Of a stretch of DNA of 61,529 bases, positions 23,201-38,200 are shown piece after piece. This DNA is from Rhizaria sp. SCN 62-66 (Eukaryota), in NCBI GenBank assembly GCA_001724265.1, contig MEDY01000152.1:1-61529 (forward strand), written 5' to 3'. The stretch's first letter is position 1, and every line of letters begins with the position of its first letter. The position numbers were made by a program, and so were the translations under genes. The notes under the pieces were generated by a model. That model saw nothing but the letters and a program-made list of their open reading frames with translations, ran no database searches and was not told the DNA's origin.

Positions 23201-26200
23201 CGCTGGACGCTCGCACTACTACTCTCGCCACACCGCACGCCCACAGTGACACCCGCAGTCCTCTCCTCTCGCAATGCTGCTGCGAAGCGAGGTTCCATCG
23301 CGAACGCTCATGATCACGCGAGTTCTAGTTCTGCTGTGGACGGTCTGGACGGCAGCATGACGCAACAATGGTGCTACCGCCCCGCGCTTCCGCCTTCAGA
23401 GGCAGTGTCTGTGGCTGCTGCGGCTAGCGTGTCCGCAGTGTCCGCGTTTGTAATTCTCCCGTCGTCATTGCTTCAATTACAACACCAGCAGCAGCAACAG
23501 CAGGAGAGTCTGCCACGTGGACACTACCAGCAGCAACAACGGTGCGTTGCGGCTGCCATCGCGGGAGATTTCTCGCCCCTTGCGTTTCCCTTTCCGGCTC
23601 TGCCGCCACTGCCGTCTGCCCTCGCCACTACCATAGCAGTGCTCTACTCCTTGTCGGCACACCTTGCCACAGCCACTGCCGCCGCACCTGCGGCGCCTGG
23701 CGCGCCATCGATGCTCTTCTCCCCCTCGTCCGTCGCAGTGACTTACGCTGCTGCCACGGTCAACGCAGCCGTCGCCGCCGCCACGCCCGCGGCGACAGCG
23801 TTCCCCGCTCCCTGGGCCTTGCCAGACCAGCTGGTGCGTCCTCTCACAGCCGGCGCGACCACGGCGGCCGCCGCGACGGCGACCGCAGCCGTGAACGCAG
23901 CGGCCAGCGCCGCGAATGCCGCTGCAAACGACGGCTGTAATCGCAGCGGTGCGGTTAAAGGTGCCGGCACGGGCGTGCTGGGCGGCAATCTGGGTCCGAG
24001 CGGCGGCGCCAGCGTGCATGTGACTGCCACCGTGGGCGCACTTACAGCGCTGCACGCAGTCCTGGGGTACTTAGATCTCGACAATAGTGTCCCCAATGTG
24101 AACAACAATAACATTGGCGGAGGCGATGAGTTTCATGGCAATGCCGCGATTATGAAGCTAGCTCAGCTGTTCAGCATGACTGCAGAATCCGGGGCAGCCT
24201 CGCCCGCCGCTGCATCCACAACTGTCCCCGGCGCGACCGGGACTGCGCGCGCCGTGCCTCTGCCGCTGGCATCCGCGGCAGCTGTGCGCTCGTTGCTCGC
24301 GCCGAATGGCATGCTTGCGGTCGCACTTGCCCCACTAGCACCTTACGCTTCGCTGCAGGCAGTTCCAAGCACAAGCCCGAACAGCAAGAACATGGGTGTG
24401 AAGAGTTCGATCGCGTCACCCCTAGCTTTATCTGCTGCGCTTTCCGCTACTGCTGCGTCCACCCCCGCGACTGCCGCCATCTCCGCCAAGACTGCAAGCA
24501 TGGACGCCCGCACTGCTGGCTCGAAAGGTGGTGCCTCCAGTTCAGCTGCGGTTACCGCATCCGGAACGACTGTGGCTGCCTCGGCAGCGACATCGGTGAA
24601 CGCGCTTCAGTTGCGCTGGGCGCGTGTTGCTGCCGCTGTGGCCGCGCTGCCGCCTGCTCGCGCTCACGCTCTCCCGCTCTCCCTGCTGACTGCGCGCCCT
24701 GACTCGCCATCGTCCACCGACGGCCTAACTTCTCAGTCTCCTGCGGTTCGCGCGGCTGTGCTGTCGCTCGTGCTTTCTGCCGCTGCCGCCGAGCCTGACG
24801 CCGCGCTGGCTACAGTCTCTCATGCTGCGCCTTCTTTGGTGCCGTTGCAACCCCTCGTTGCACTAGCTGCGGTCTTCTCGCCGCTGCTGCCCCTTGGCAA
24901 CTGCGAATCGCTACCATCGGCCAGTGCCTCTTCGGGCGGTGTTTTCTCGACTGGTGGGGGATCGTTTGAGCCCCCTACGGCAGACGAAATTCGGCATTGT
25001 CTTCTCGCACTTGCGCATACTCAGGCTCAAACTCTTTCTCACGTTAATGCAAACGCAAGCATGACCGATGCGAATGTCGAGTCGAGGAATGACGTTGGCA
25101 TTTGGTCTGTGGCTCCGTTCTTGCCTGTATACATGCGTCCTGTTGCTTCCCCCGTGGCTTCGACTTCTGCCTCTAGCGCGGCTACTGGTAACCATGATAA
25201 CGATGGAGCCGTCGGTGACCTCGACTCTGGGTTTCATCGCAGTGGTCTCAGTGTTGGCGTTGTCGGTGGCGTCGCGTGGCTTTCCCCTGCCCCGTGGCCG
25301 CCGCATCTTAACGCACTGACTTTTGCGCAAGCACAAGCACGGATTGCCGCCGCTGCCGCTGCTGCTGCCGCTGCTGCCAAGCTTAGCGGCAACCGAGTAC
25401 GCGTGCCATCAGACCAGGCAATTCTAAACGCTGCTGCGGCCACAGTATGCGCACGCAACTGCGGCATTGGCGAGCGCCACTGCGAATGGATCATCGACGA
25501 CTTGAGGTCCAATCGCCTTGTTGGCGCCACATTGCCGTCAGATGTGGTGAGCACCGCGTTTAGTGCTGTCAAACCACGCAACAGCACAATTTCTGCTCAC
25601 GGTACCTCGTCCGGAGGCAGTGGCCGCGTGTGTGCGTATGCTCACAACGCCGGTTTTGGTACTGGTACTGTTGGCGGTTTGTGGGTTGTGGACACGAGTG
25701 CCGTAGAACCCACCGTGGTCTCGGGCAGCGGCAGCAACGTCAAAAGTGTGATGACAAAGCGCCGTATCAATTTCATGGTCAGTTGCTCAACCCAGGTTTC
25801 ACGCTCAGTGACTTTCAACGCGCGTATGTTTTTGCAAACCAAAGCGAATGCTGCCACTGACAATGATGCTGTAAGCGACAACGATCACGCTGACGACGAT
25901 GATGCCAATAATGATGGAAGCACAATCGGCCTTCTCGCTCTTCCTGTCGTGCCATCTTCGCGTGGCGCCTCGAACACCTTGCAGTTGTCCTTTCCCTCAC
26001 TTTCTTCCTTTGCGGCTACCAAGTTGGTATCGCTTACGTTGCAACGCGGGCTCCGCCGTCACCCGTCTCATCACACCTGTGCGAAGCGGACTTCTGGTTT
26101 CATCAGCAGTTGTCGTGTCATAGCCGCGCCGGCGTGTCTGCCATTACCCCGAGCCCGCTTGACTTCACCCCCGGCCCCTGAGCCACCGCTACCACTGCAT

Positions 26201-29200
26201 CCTTACGCCAGCTCCAGTAGCTTCGTTGACACATGCGTGGGATACTCTGACTTTTCCGCTGTCCCTGCGCTCGCAGCCGCACTGCGTCTTACCGCGGCTT
26301 CCGCCGCAGCCACTGTCGCCTCATCTGCTGGTGTCGCCCTATCACACCTGCTGCTTGCTGCTCACGGTCTCCTGCTTTACCCTGTTGTGGCATACATTGC
26401 GACAGCTGCCCCTACGCTGACTGTGCCTGCTGTGTTGACGGTCGCCTCTCACCCCCACTACGCCGGCGGTCACACGTCCGAAGACGGTTCATCTTCCGAC
26501 AGCCCCGACCCCCCACAGCTACCACTTGTGTTGTTCGCCCCGGCTGCGCACGCAACGATGGGTCTATCTGCGGAGTCGAACCTTGCCCGTCGACGCGCGC
26601 TACCACTAATCCGCTCACTGGCCCGGCGTTGGCTCGGCTGGGAGCCTGTCGCGCTGCTACGGCACTTGCTGCCCCGTGCACTGCCTGCCGCCGTGTTGGA
26701 CTCTGCGGGCACTGCGCGCGAAGAAGAAGATGAGGCAACCGAATACCACAAGGTGTTGCACACCAACACTGGGCAATCTATCGCGGCCGCCGCTTCTGCT
26801 GCCGTTCTATCTTCACCTTCGGCATCAGCTTCAGCTGCGGCATCGGCTAGTTCCAGTGTTGGCGCTGACACTCGCGCGCGCGCGCAAGAGATCATCGCAA
26901 CCGCCACCGTGACTGAGCCCGCGAGTGTGCGGCAGCTCACTGCGGCAGCGCTGGCGTGTGGTGGTGTCGCACTGTCGGCTTCGGCTGTGGTGCGCGCAAG
27001 CAACTGCAACGGACGCGTGTTGGGCGAGGCCGCTGCAGGCGCATGGGTTGAAGCGCGGCGCAACATGCGTGTTGCAATGTCTGAGCCTCTGCTTACTGTT
27101 GCGCCAACCATGGATGCGCTGAAAAACACTGTTAACATGCAGAATGATGACACTAACTTTGTAGGGCACGACAACAAGACGGACTCTGACAGTGATAATG
27201 AGAGTGGGAGCGATTATGATTGGAGAGACGACAGTGATGATGAAGATATCGTCAATGGGGCAGATTTTTCCTCAGCCGCAGCATCTGTCTCAACCGAAAT
27301 TAACTCAACACATAGTCGAGACCGTGGTGTTGCTGTTGAAGGCTCGTCTCTGGGCCGTTTCCTCATGCGTCACTACTACCACGATCATAACTCGTACCTT
27401 GGACTTCCACAGTCGCTCCCAGCGCATCCTGCATCGAAATTACGTCGGGACTCGCGCCAATCTGGCAGCCGCAACGTCTCCGTTGTGCGCGCGTTTCATC
27501 ATCCCTGCTTGGCATTAATTGATGTACTGTTCACGCACGGTTGTTTATACCGTTCCCAACACCTCACACGGTCAGTGTTATCACGCGCCTCCCCGTATCT
27601 CTTGGTGCCACTGCTCCTATCAACGCTTGCTTGGGGCACGAAGCTCCGTGCGCTGCGTGTGCTTATGCGCGAGATTGCACCTGTCGACGTTGCGCGGAGG
27701 GTTGACATGCTATTGGCGCCCACGCTTTATAACCAGTCGACGGACTCAGAAGCAAACAAGTCTGCTTCTGAAAGCACCAGTTCTAGTGATGACGCTGGGA
27801 TTCGGAGGAAGATTGGTTCTGGTCGTGGGGGCGACTTCATTGTTACCTCAATGACAGCGATGGTTGTTACTGCCGCTGCTAACGCTGTTGCTTTGCAGAA
27901 CTCTTCTGTCAGTGGTGCCAAACACCGCGTGCGAGCTCCGACTGCACACAAACTCGTTCTTATCTCTGACTCGCAGCCCGCAATCAGTGACTTGCTCATC
28001 ACTGCCCGCCATCGCTACGTACACCTAGAGCTCATCGCCGCACTCGGCCGTCCCGCTCTCGCGCGCACGGCGGCGCAGGCGCTGGCGTTGCTAACGAGCC
28101 AGGAGGACGCGCACGACGCTGAGGCTGCTGCTGCGGATGCTGATGTGTGCGTACAGGCTGCACTCTGGTCTCAACTCAGTAGCCACGTTAATGCGACAAA
28201 TGACAAGAAAAACCATCTTGATCGCACGAGCAACAAAGACTCAACTGGTCTCAATGAAAATCCAGTTCCGTGCTCTTTTGCAACCCCGTTGACGACATCG
28301 ACCTGGTACCCCAACAATGCACGCACGCGTGAGTCACTGACTGCGCGCGCCATGCTCAGCCAGAGCCCCCTGACCGCGTTTTCTGCGCCGGCTTGGGACG
28401 CGCTCTCGCTCGCACGCCTTGACTTTGTTCCGCCAATGCTGCCTGAGCCAGACATATTCTTGTGGGCTGTTGACAAGGTCGACAAGCTGCTCACAAGTGC
28501 GCCGCGCGCGGCCGTGGCCAACATCGCTGCAACCACCGCTGCTGTCCGTGCTGCCACGGCGGCAAGCTCTGGGACTGTGGCAGCTGTGAAAGCTACTGCG
28601 GCTGACGATGTCACGGAGACTGGTTTAGTGCTGACTGCATTCGATGTCGACGAGAACAAGGCAAGTGCGATTGAGTCGTGGCTCCAACTCAGTCAAGCTG
28701 CATTTTCAGGCCCGCTACAGCTACCCGTGACAGGTGTCCTTACACTGGCCCCCAGCACCATGTGCGCCGCGATGGACAAGAGTCGTGGAGTGCGCGCACA
28801 GTTGACGACCGAGAGTATGAGGGCTGCGGAACTCACATCTGTGATTGGTCTTGGGGTTGTGGCTGCTGCAACGCAACTGCCATCCTGCCTCTCAATCACT
28901 CATTCTCTTCCAAATGGTAGTATCAACGATCCAAATGTGATTGCTAGCATTGGGGCCGGAGCTGCGCATTCTACGAGTTCAAGTGCGACTTTGAACTCGA
29001 GTGCGAGTGGTGGCCGCAGCAGTACTCAGCCTGGTTCGCGGCCTTTGTTTATCTCACCCGCCCTGTGTGTTTTAGATCAAGCTACTGCTGCCGCCGCTGC
29101 GTCCGTCTACGCTGCCGCCCTTCCCGCGCTTGCCACTGCGACAACAGCGACAGCAATGATGGGTACGCCCGTGACACAAAGTGCGATGCGTGAAAAGGGC

Positions 29201-32200
29201 ATGTTGTACTACCGCGCACCGTGGCTCGCGTACGCTTACACTGCGGGCATTGTGCCGACATATACTGTTTCATCGCTCGCTAGCCAATCTCCCACATCTA
29301 TTATCACTACTGTCGACGCCGCGCAGCGCTCTTTGGCTGTCGCAACGCCATTGTGGCTCCCAACTGCGTCTTCGCTCTCCCGTCTTCCACCGTTAGCCGG
29401 TCCGTGCTTTCCAGTTCTTAGCGCCTCCCATGTGGACAGCACGCTCAAGACGACGGTGAGTGCCACCGTTGGTACGCAGGGTCGCATCAGGGCCGCCGCC
29501 GTCGGTGCTGCGAAGGCTACATCTGCAACGAGCGCGGTTGTTAGCGCGCCCAAGCGCGTGCGTTTGGTGGTGTCTGGAGATGTCTTCAGGCCTCCTATCA
29601 CTCAGCAGCACAGTAGCAGCGACGACACTAATAACACGGTCACCATTAGTAACAGCTCAAACGCTTTGGATGAAAACGCACCGGTCGGTACCCAACGTGA
29701 CATGTCGTTATTTAATATCGGTGCTGGTGATGGCGATGATGACGATGTGCTGCTGTCACCTCAATTTCTTGACTCGGCTACTGTCGGTGATGTAAATGTT
29801 TCGGCAATTGGCGCAAGTGGTAGCCGATCAGTCTCACAGACGCAACACACACAGTCACAGATCTCAAACTCGTCGCAACATGCACGGTCACAAGCCCCCC
29901 TAGCAGTGTTTTCATTGCCGTTAGCACCTGAGTCCGCTGAAACATTATCGCCGGCACGCCGCTCTGCTTCCCCTGCAAACGCAAGCGCCTCTAGTGGGAC
30001 TTCTGGCCTGCATCCCTCTCGCTCAGCGACACTTCGCCGCGATCTCTCTGCTCAAGCTACGGCGCCCGCAACGTCTGCCTCCAGTGCGAACTCCGGCAAT
30101 GCTGTTTCTACTACTGCGGGACTTGTTTGCTGCATGCCGACGCTGTTTCCGTCCACAGCTGCGACTACGCTGCTACTGGGTCTTGGGCAGGTTCTGCCAG
30201 CTGCACGCAGGCATTTGGCACAACACACGGGGTTTTTGCTTCACAAGATTGTAGCGTGGGCCGAACTACCCGCGCTTGCAGTCACTAATTTCTTACACCA
30301 GTCCGCTGCTAGCAATATAGGCGACAGTTCTGATAACAGTGCCTCCAGTGGCAGTGATGTTGACAGCGCTCTTCTTAGCGTACTGCGTGTAAACGCACAT
30401 GTAGATGGTCTTCCCAAACAACTATCTGCCTTCCACGCATTCTCCCGAGCGTTCTCTGCGGCCACAAGTGCGCGGTCCCCGCCACGCCTACTGCGACCCA
30501 CGTTGTCACTGCTGTCGTCGCTCTGTGCAGCATTGCCTGCGCCGGCGCTGGGACCACATCTTAACGATGTTGTGCGTCTTGCTCTTCCCTACGCCGCCAA
30601 CGACGTCTCTGGTCTCTCGCTGCTTCCGCTGTCGGTCGTCACCGTACTTCTGGGCGAGGTCGCCTCTGCAGCCACTGCCTCCGTTGTTGCCGCGACTAAG
30701 ACCGGCGCCACCGTGAGTGCTGCCTCCGTTAACGCTGCTGGTGGTGCTATCTCATTAGCGCAGCGCAACGCTCTTGTTGCTGCGCTTGCTCCGGCTTTGC
30801 CGCCAGCGCTAATCCCTGAGTTTATCGCTCGTGCTTCTGTGCTTTTTCCCACCTATAGCAATAGTAGCACAAGCGCTGGTAATGCTATTGCTGGAACAAC
30901 CCCCGCTGCTGTCGCTTCAAGCGCCTCAGCATCTTCCGCTGCTCGAACGGGTGCCTTTGGCCTTCCCGCATCTGTCATTGCCACGTGCGCGCGTTTGTTG
31001 CAAGCACCGGTCGATGTACTCGGACGTACGGCAGGTTCTCTGCTTGCGCACGCACGCGTCACCAACGCCGCTGCCGGAGCAGTTTTCTCAGCCTTGCGCG
31101 TCTCTGGTGGGAGCGGCTCGGCAGAGGCAGCGAGCGCGGTCTCGGGACCTGGCGTTGGCGCCGGCGTTGCAGCCGCTGCGGCGATTGCCGAAGGCAATGA
31201 GCTGCTTGCGACTATTATGGCGGCTGTACCGCTGCGGACGGCAGCCCTGGTGCCTGCAATCGCTGCAGCCGCCGTTAACGCTGTTACTGCAGGTACTACA
31301 CAACAGCATTACACGCCTATTATCCGTGCGACATGCACTCAACAGCATCAACAACATCAGAGCAGTACCGAAGGCGCAAATGGTCCTGATGTTAATGTTT
31401 ATACTTTAATGACGTTACTTTCAGGTTCACTAAAGGCGCTTTCGACAGTATCTGTCTCGACACTTTGCCCCACTTTGCTTCTGCCTGACCTGGGTGCATG
31501 CCTGAGGGGTTTCCTTGTCCTCTCTGATGCTCTTAGCCTTGCTAGCAACGATGGCGGCGTCCGTTTGTCATCATCGGCAAGTTTATCTACCGCAGTGTCC
31601 GCTCTCACATCTCTGCAAAGTGCTGTTGACAACGCGTTTGCGATCCTTGATTCAGCCACAACTGTCATTGTTGCCGCACACTGCTCCGCAGCCCGCCGCA
31701 AACGTGCTGTCAACTCGGATGATCATGGAGACACCCGCGCAGGTGCAATGATTTTTGCGCACACTCGCCTCGAAGACCCGTTTGCGTCTGCATCGGCCCT
31801 ATCAGCTTTTGTGCCGCAGCAGACGGCACGGCGCAGTGCCGCTGCGGGTGTCACAGGTCCTCGGCGCCAACGTGCGACTGCTGTGGCCCTGGGGGCTTTG
31901 GGAGCCGGTGGAATGTTGAGCTATCTTTCTGCAACTGACAACGCAAGCCTTAGCGGCACCGCTGCCGATGGGGGCAGTGGTGCATTTGAGCTTAGTCAGA
32001 AATTTACTCAGGGGCTTGGCAGTGTAGGAATGATCAACAACCGTTCGGCTGTCTTTGCCTCCGCTGCTGCCGTCGCAGGGACTGCAGGCTTGTCAGGCAG
32101 TCTGCAACCTACACTTCGTATTACGCAAGTGCGCCCAAGCCCCAACGCTGCTGATGGCACTGCTGGCTCTGCTGCTGCAGGATCCCCTCCAACAAGTGAT

Positions 32201-35200
32201 ATTGGTAGCGGCAGTGGTGCTGACGATGGGCGAACGATAGCTGCCGAAAGCGTCCCTATCACGGGGTCCAACTCGAGCTCAAGCTCTAGCTCGAGCGGCA
32301 GCTCGAGGGGAAGTGACAAAAGCAAGATCAGCGTTGCCAATGTTGGTCGCGATGTGGGCTTGGTAAATCGTCGCAGTCGCCGCGTTGTGTTCAGTAGCGC
32401 AACAGATAAAGCGCAGCTAGAAGATGATCTTGCCGCTGCCCATGGCGAGTTTCAGAGCGACGACGGCGCCGAAGACGGTGGCGCCCTCGATGATGCGAAC
32501 GAGTATGATATTGACGATGAAGAAGAAGGACATGCTGTCAACGATGAAAACAGCAACAACATCAACAGCAATAATGGAGCTACTGGTCCTAGTAACGCAC
32601 AGCACGACGAAGGTGACTTTGCTCGCGATAGCCATGCCCCAATGGTCGATGACCAGGACGACAACCTTGTTGACGTTGACGACCAGGATGACGCCAACAA
32701 TGCATGGTTTGGCCGCTTCGATGACGGGATTGGTGAAATCCACATGGGCAGCCAGTCTCCTGGCGAAAGCGATGGCTACTCAACGCGCGACTCCCGTTAC
32801 CCGCATAATAACAGTAATCACGAAGAACATGATGGCAGTGCAGCAGCGCGGAGCGATCACATCTCGAGTAGCAACAGCAGCGACAGCTCAAGCTCAAGCT
32901 CCAGCGGTGGCACCGAGAACGTCGACGCTCCAGCGCTCGCAATCATTGCCAAAGCTTCCGCTTTGCTTACGCTGCCCTTTTTGCATGCTCGGCCCATACC
33001 CAGCTCCAATCGTCAGATGTCCAAGAAGACTCCTCTCGAATCAGTTGCATCGGCCGCTGCCGCGCTCAAGCTGCTTGCGACGTTGCCGCCACTGCTGTCT
33101 AATACTACCGCAGAGCACGCGACTGAAGTTGCTCATGCAGCGCGCGCGCATGCACGCTCTGCACTCGCGGCTGCGGCGGCACATGCGCTTGCAGCCGCCA
33201 CGGCCGCACTCGTTGCAACCGCTGTGTCTGTCGCGTCTGCTGAAACTGGCGTGAATAGTGTCGGTGCGGGTGCGTATGGCGCGGATGTAGCCTTCACTGA
33301 GGCTGCTTTGCCACTGAATGACGCGCTCACAACATCAGCAGCGTCTCTCATCGCATCTGCCGGCGCCACTACGACGATTTGTGGTTCAGCTGGTTTTGAG
33401 AGCAATGATGAGGGTGTCGCATGCAAGTTCATCCCTTACTCAGCTGCGGGTGCGCGCCACACTGGTGATGTTCGCGATCGCGATGAGTTTGAGTTCGCGG
33501 CAGCGCTCGCGTACTCAGCCGCTGCACCGCCTGGTGACTGCAGCTCTTGCCATCATCCCAACGCTGATGTGGTGTTACACACAGTTGCATGGCTCATGAA
33601 GCTTGCATCGAAAGACTGTGAGACTGATTCTATCACCAACAACGGTTTTGTCTCTGCCGTGAGTGGAGATGACGATACAGCACAGCGCTTGCCACCCGCG
33701 TTGCGTACTCTCTTGCGTACCTCTGCGACTGCACACACGGTTGCCAACACTCTTCGCGCGCTGCCGAGTGGAGGTCTAGCTGCGGCTAAGCAACGGATTG
33801 TTCAAGCCCGCGCTGTTCTGGCACGGTCTCTTGCTGCTGCAATTGGTGTTCCGCCAGTGCAAGGCCGTAGCCAAGCCGTGTCCATTTTGCGGTATCCTGA
33901 TCAAAGTCCGCTTGCAACTGCGTCATCAATTCCTCCTGCGGTGGCGGCGCTACTTGATCTCGCGCCGCGTCGCGTTACACGCAGCGCGAATGGCGGTGGT
34001 AGCAGCCGCTTCGGCATTCGCGCACAGATTGACGAGTTCGCTGCGCTGGCTTCAGCCGCCACAGCCAAATTGATGTTGCCCGTAAACGCGTTTGTCACTT
34101 CAATGACTGCGATGACGACAGCGGCTGCATCACTGCTGCCACATTTCGCTTCGCAAGCGTACACCGCCCAGTGGGCCCCTTCGCCCGCACCAGCACCCAC
34201 ATCGTGTGCTGCGTCGGTCTCTACTCCAGGACGTGGCAATAGCGCTGCAGTGTCTGTATCCGCTGCATCGGTGGCCTCCTCTGCCGCTGCTGCCGCTGCA
34301 GACACTGCGGCATCGTCCCCGTCGCCTTTTGCGGTGGTCTCGCTGCTGACAAGCCTCTTCAGCTCGCGTGCACACGCTTTACGACCTTTCTTCCTGGAGC
34401 TGCCCTCGAGTTCCGGCCCGCACAGTCGATTGCGCGCACTCTGGCGTCTGCTGCTGCCACGCATGCTCACGTCGATGCGCACGCCTTCGACTGCTGCCGC
34501 TTCCATCGCCGCCGCACCCGCCACGAGTTCCGCGCTTCCAGCTCCGACCGCTATTCCGTCTGCTAACGCGGCTGCGTCCGCTGTAGTTGCCTCTGGGAAC
34601 CCAGTCACACGGCATGGCTCGATGGATTCAAGCGCTCCTCCGAGCGCATTCCACTTGCTCATGCTTTTGCTGCCTGTCGCCATGGGGGACAACCCGTGTC
34701 CGCGCGTGCGCGCTGGCGCCGTCTACGACTGCTACCAAGTTCTGCGCCGCGCGCCGCCGCGCACGCTGCACGCTGTTCTGCGGCAGGCTGTGGCGGAGTC
34801 AGTCCACACGGCTCTCACAACAGCGGCCACGGAGCTTGAGATCAGGCTTGATCTCGTGGCTTCGGCGACGGCGGCCGTGCTTAAGGCCGCAGCGACTGCA
34901 GCGGCTGTGTGTGCACCTGCTTCGGGGACCACCTCCAGCCGCACGCGCGCAGGTTCTAGCGCTCTGACTGGGGTCGGTGGACTGATGGGCAGTGGTAGTG
35001 GTGCGAACAACTCGACGCTGCATTCGATCGCTCTGCTGTTTCCGCCATCATCCACCGTTGCAGTAGCCCTTACAGCGTGTGCCAACGCAGCGCCCGGAAG
35101 CACATTTGTGTCGCTTCTCGCGCCCGCGCTACGCGGCTATCTGCAGGCCGAGGATGGCGGCGCGCGGCGCACCGCGGGCTGGTGTCTCGCGCTCATCGGC

Positions 35201-38200
35201 GTCGGCGCGGCTGCCGTTGTCGCCGCGCCAGTTCCTGGTCGCGCAGTCGCAACCGCGGCGGGCAGGGCTGGCGCCGCTACAGCTCGTGGCTCTGTTGCTG
35301 CAGGCAACGGCAGCAGTGGCGGTGATGTCGCTGCTGCAGCTGCGGCAGCGTCAGCTGCTGCGGCTTCGGTCGCGACACGTGCTGCCGGAACTCCCGCTGC
35401 TGCCGCCGCAGCCGTCGCCTCCGCAGTGGCCGCGATCAAGACCAACATCTCCGGAGGTGGTGCGGCGCGGGTTAGCACTGACGTTGCTGCTGCGCTTGCC
35501 GCGGTAGCTGCAGTGACGGCCGCCGCTTCAGCGGCCTCGACCAGCAACAGCAATAGTGTCCCCAAGCACGACTTGGCCGCGAATAGCTGCGGTTATAGCA
35601 CCGTCGATACAAACGTGCCCCCGCCGTCCTTGACCGACTTCCCGCCCAACATGCTGCTGGACCTTCCGCCGCGCGTGTTGGCGTTCCTGCTGATGCGCTG
35701 CTTCCTTATTCCCGGTCTGCGCATGGGCCAGCAGCGGCGCGTATACTTCTACCGCCACGCCCTGCAGCGCATGCTTCAGATTCTTGGCATTCACGAGGAT
35801 GTGCCGTCATACTCAACTTACGCGGCTGCAGTCGCGCCCTTTGTTCCCGCAGCGCGCCGCCAAGAGGCTGAGGCCGAGGCGTGCGCGCGGCGCGAGGCGG
35901 CCGTTGCTGCTGCGGCTCGTGTCAGCCGCAGTATCGCTGGCGTTGCCATTGCCACAGCGCCCACTGAGGTTGATCCCGAATCGGCTCCCATGTGGCAACA
36001 CCACCACCCGAACCTGTCGGCGGCGGCCGCGGCTGCATCAGCAGCGAACATCTACGGTCCGGGCAACGGGCCTCGCCCTTCGCGAGTACGTTTATCGCCT
36101 GAAATCGCCCAGTTGTCGGACAAGGCTGTGGGCGCGATGGCTGCTGGCGCTACACCGCTTCCGCTACCACCTGGGATTGCGGCACTTGTCCCTAATGTGA
36201 TGAGTGGGTTTGAGACATTCTTTATTGCATCCACAGTTGCGCCAGGCAGGGCTACTGCGATGATGTGCTACGTGAAGCCAGACGATGATGATTTCGCTCA
36301 CGGTAGCAACAAGATCGGTGATAATGGCGATGGTGATTCCGATGACGATGATGTAAGTACGGGTGATAGCAGCGATGATGATTCCGAGCGTAAATGCAAT
36401 TGCGGGCAAGACAATGACGGACGTGACAGCGACGGCTCCTTCGTTGATGGAACGATGGGACTCATGGCACGCTCGCTAGAACCTGCTAGCGTTGACAACA
36501 GTTATAACAGCTCTCTCTCCGATAGCAGCAGTCGCCGGCGGCAGCATCCTCGTAGTCGCGCCCGCGCAAACCGCAACGCCGCTGCGAATTGTGACGGCAC
36601 TGTCATCGTAAGCGACGGACACGACGTACTCGGTGACGGACTAAGTTCCACTCTTGGGGTTCTCACCCGCTACACTCAAATTCTTCATGACCCTTCGTGC
36701 TCCCCTTTAGCCACTGCGCTTACATCTGCCTCCGCATCTGTATCTGCTGCGGCTCTCTCCAACGCTACCACTGTCACGTCTGGTACTGACGCCACATCGC
36801 CGTCTGCAACTGCGCCCGACACTGTAGCAGCCCCCACGAGCTCCCGCGGCAAACGCGCGAGTGCTGCCGTTGGGCGCGACGCGTTTGATCAACTGGCCGA
36901 AGTAACGCTGTCCGCAGACCGTGCGTTCTCACAATACACTGCGGTTGACACGCATGGGCGCGTCATCTCTCTGGCGGATTACAACGCCAGCAGCAGCGGC
37001 AGTGGCAGCAGCAGCGCGAAGGCCGCTGCGGCGGGCAAGGGTAAAGGCAAGGACGCGGCAGGCGCTGTCACAGGAGCGAGCGGCAAACGCGCGCGCGTGG
37101 CTGCTACGTCAACGGCGACTGTGGCAGGCGATGGTGCGGGCGCAGCTGGTGCCGGTTCTGCTGCTGGTGTGGAGGCCGGCTCCCAGCGCGGCGGTGCGGC
37201 ACTGGTGTTCCTGAACGCCGCTGCATCCGCGCCGAGCTCTGCGCTTAGTCACGCTGCCGCAGGTAGCAGTGGCAGTGACGTGGGCTTGGCGGCGGCGAAC
37301 ATGTTTGCAGGGCAGAATCCACTTCATACCATCACGACCACGCTCACATCTCTCTTATGTCCTGACGTGTCCACCACCACCGCGACGGCGACTTCAGCGC
37401 TTGTGACTACTGGCAGCACGAGTGCACAGGGTATGGGTGCGGCGACAACGACGGCAGCGTTGGCGGCAGGCGCCGCCACGCCCGCTGCTTACGCCAGCAC
37501 AGCCACTGACACCGCGGCACCTCCCGCAGCCGCTGCACTAGTGCGCACACTATTGCCCGCCATTGAGGCTCGGCTTGACCTTCGCACGACGCGACCTGAC
37601 TTTGGCGCGTTGCCCGTGATGATGTCACGCGTCGCGGTGGCCAACGGTCTTGAAGGCGCGCTGCCGACAATCACCGCCTCAACGCTCTCTGCGGAGGCGC
37701 TTGTTAACAAGTCTTATGCTGCAGGCCCAGTTGGTCATAGTGGTGTGCAACATCACCGCAACTGTGCTCGCCACCCGCAAAACGCCAACTCCAGCTCTGT
37801 GCGCTCAGCCTCTAGCGCACGACGGCGGCACCAGCGCAAGACTGCGCGGATTGTGTCCACACCGGCGTTTAGCGCGACCGACGATGCTGCCGCAGCCGCT
37901 GCTGCGGCGACTGCGACGGGTGGTGCGACGCACATTGGCACTGGTGGCGCCGCGCTAAGTAACAACGTTATTCTTCCTGTGTCACAAGTGAAATGGTCAT
38001 ACCTCCCGCCTGGCATTAGTCAGGCCGTGTCCTTTTGGCGCGCATTTACGCTGGAAGAGCAGCAACTGCTGCAACCGCTACTGGCAGCGACGTACTTTCT
38101 CAGCCCGCTCGCGCCCACGCCGGACGCTATCATTGCGCTCTCATCCACCCACACCAGCGCTGAGGAGTGGGCCTGTCGGTGGGTGTACCGGCTGGTGCAA

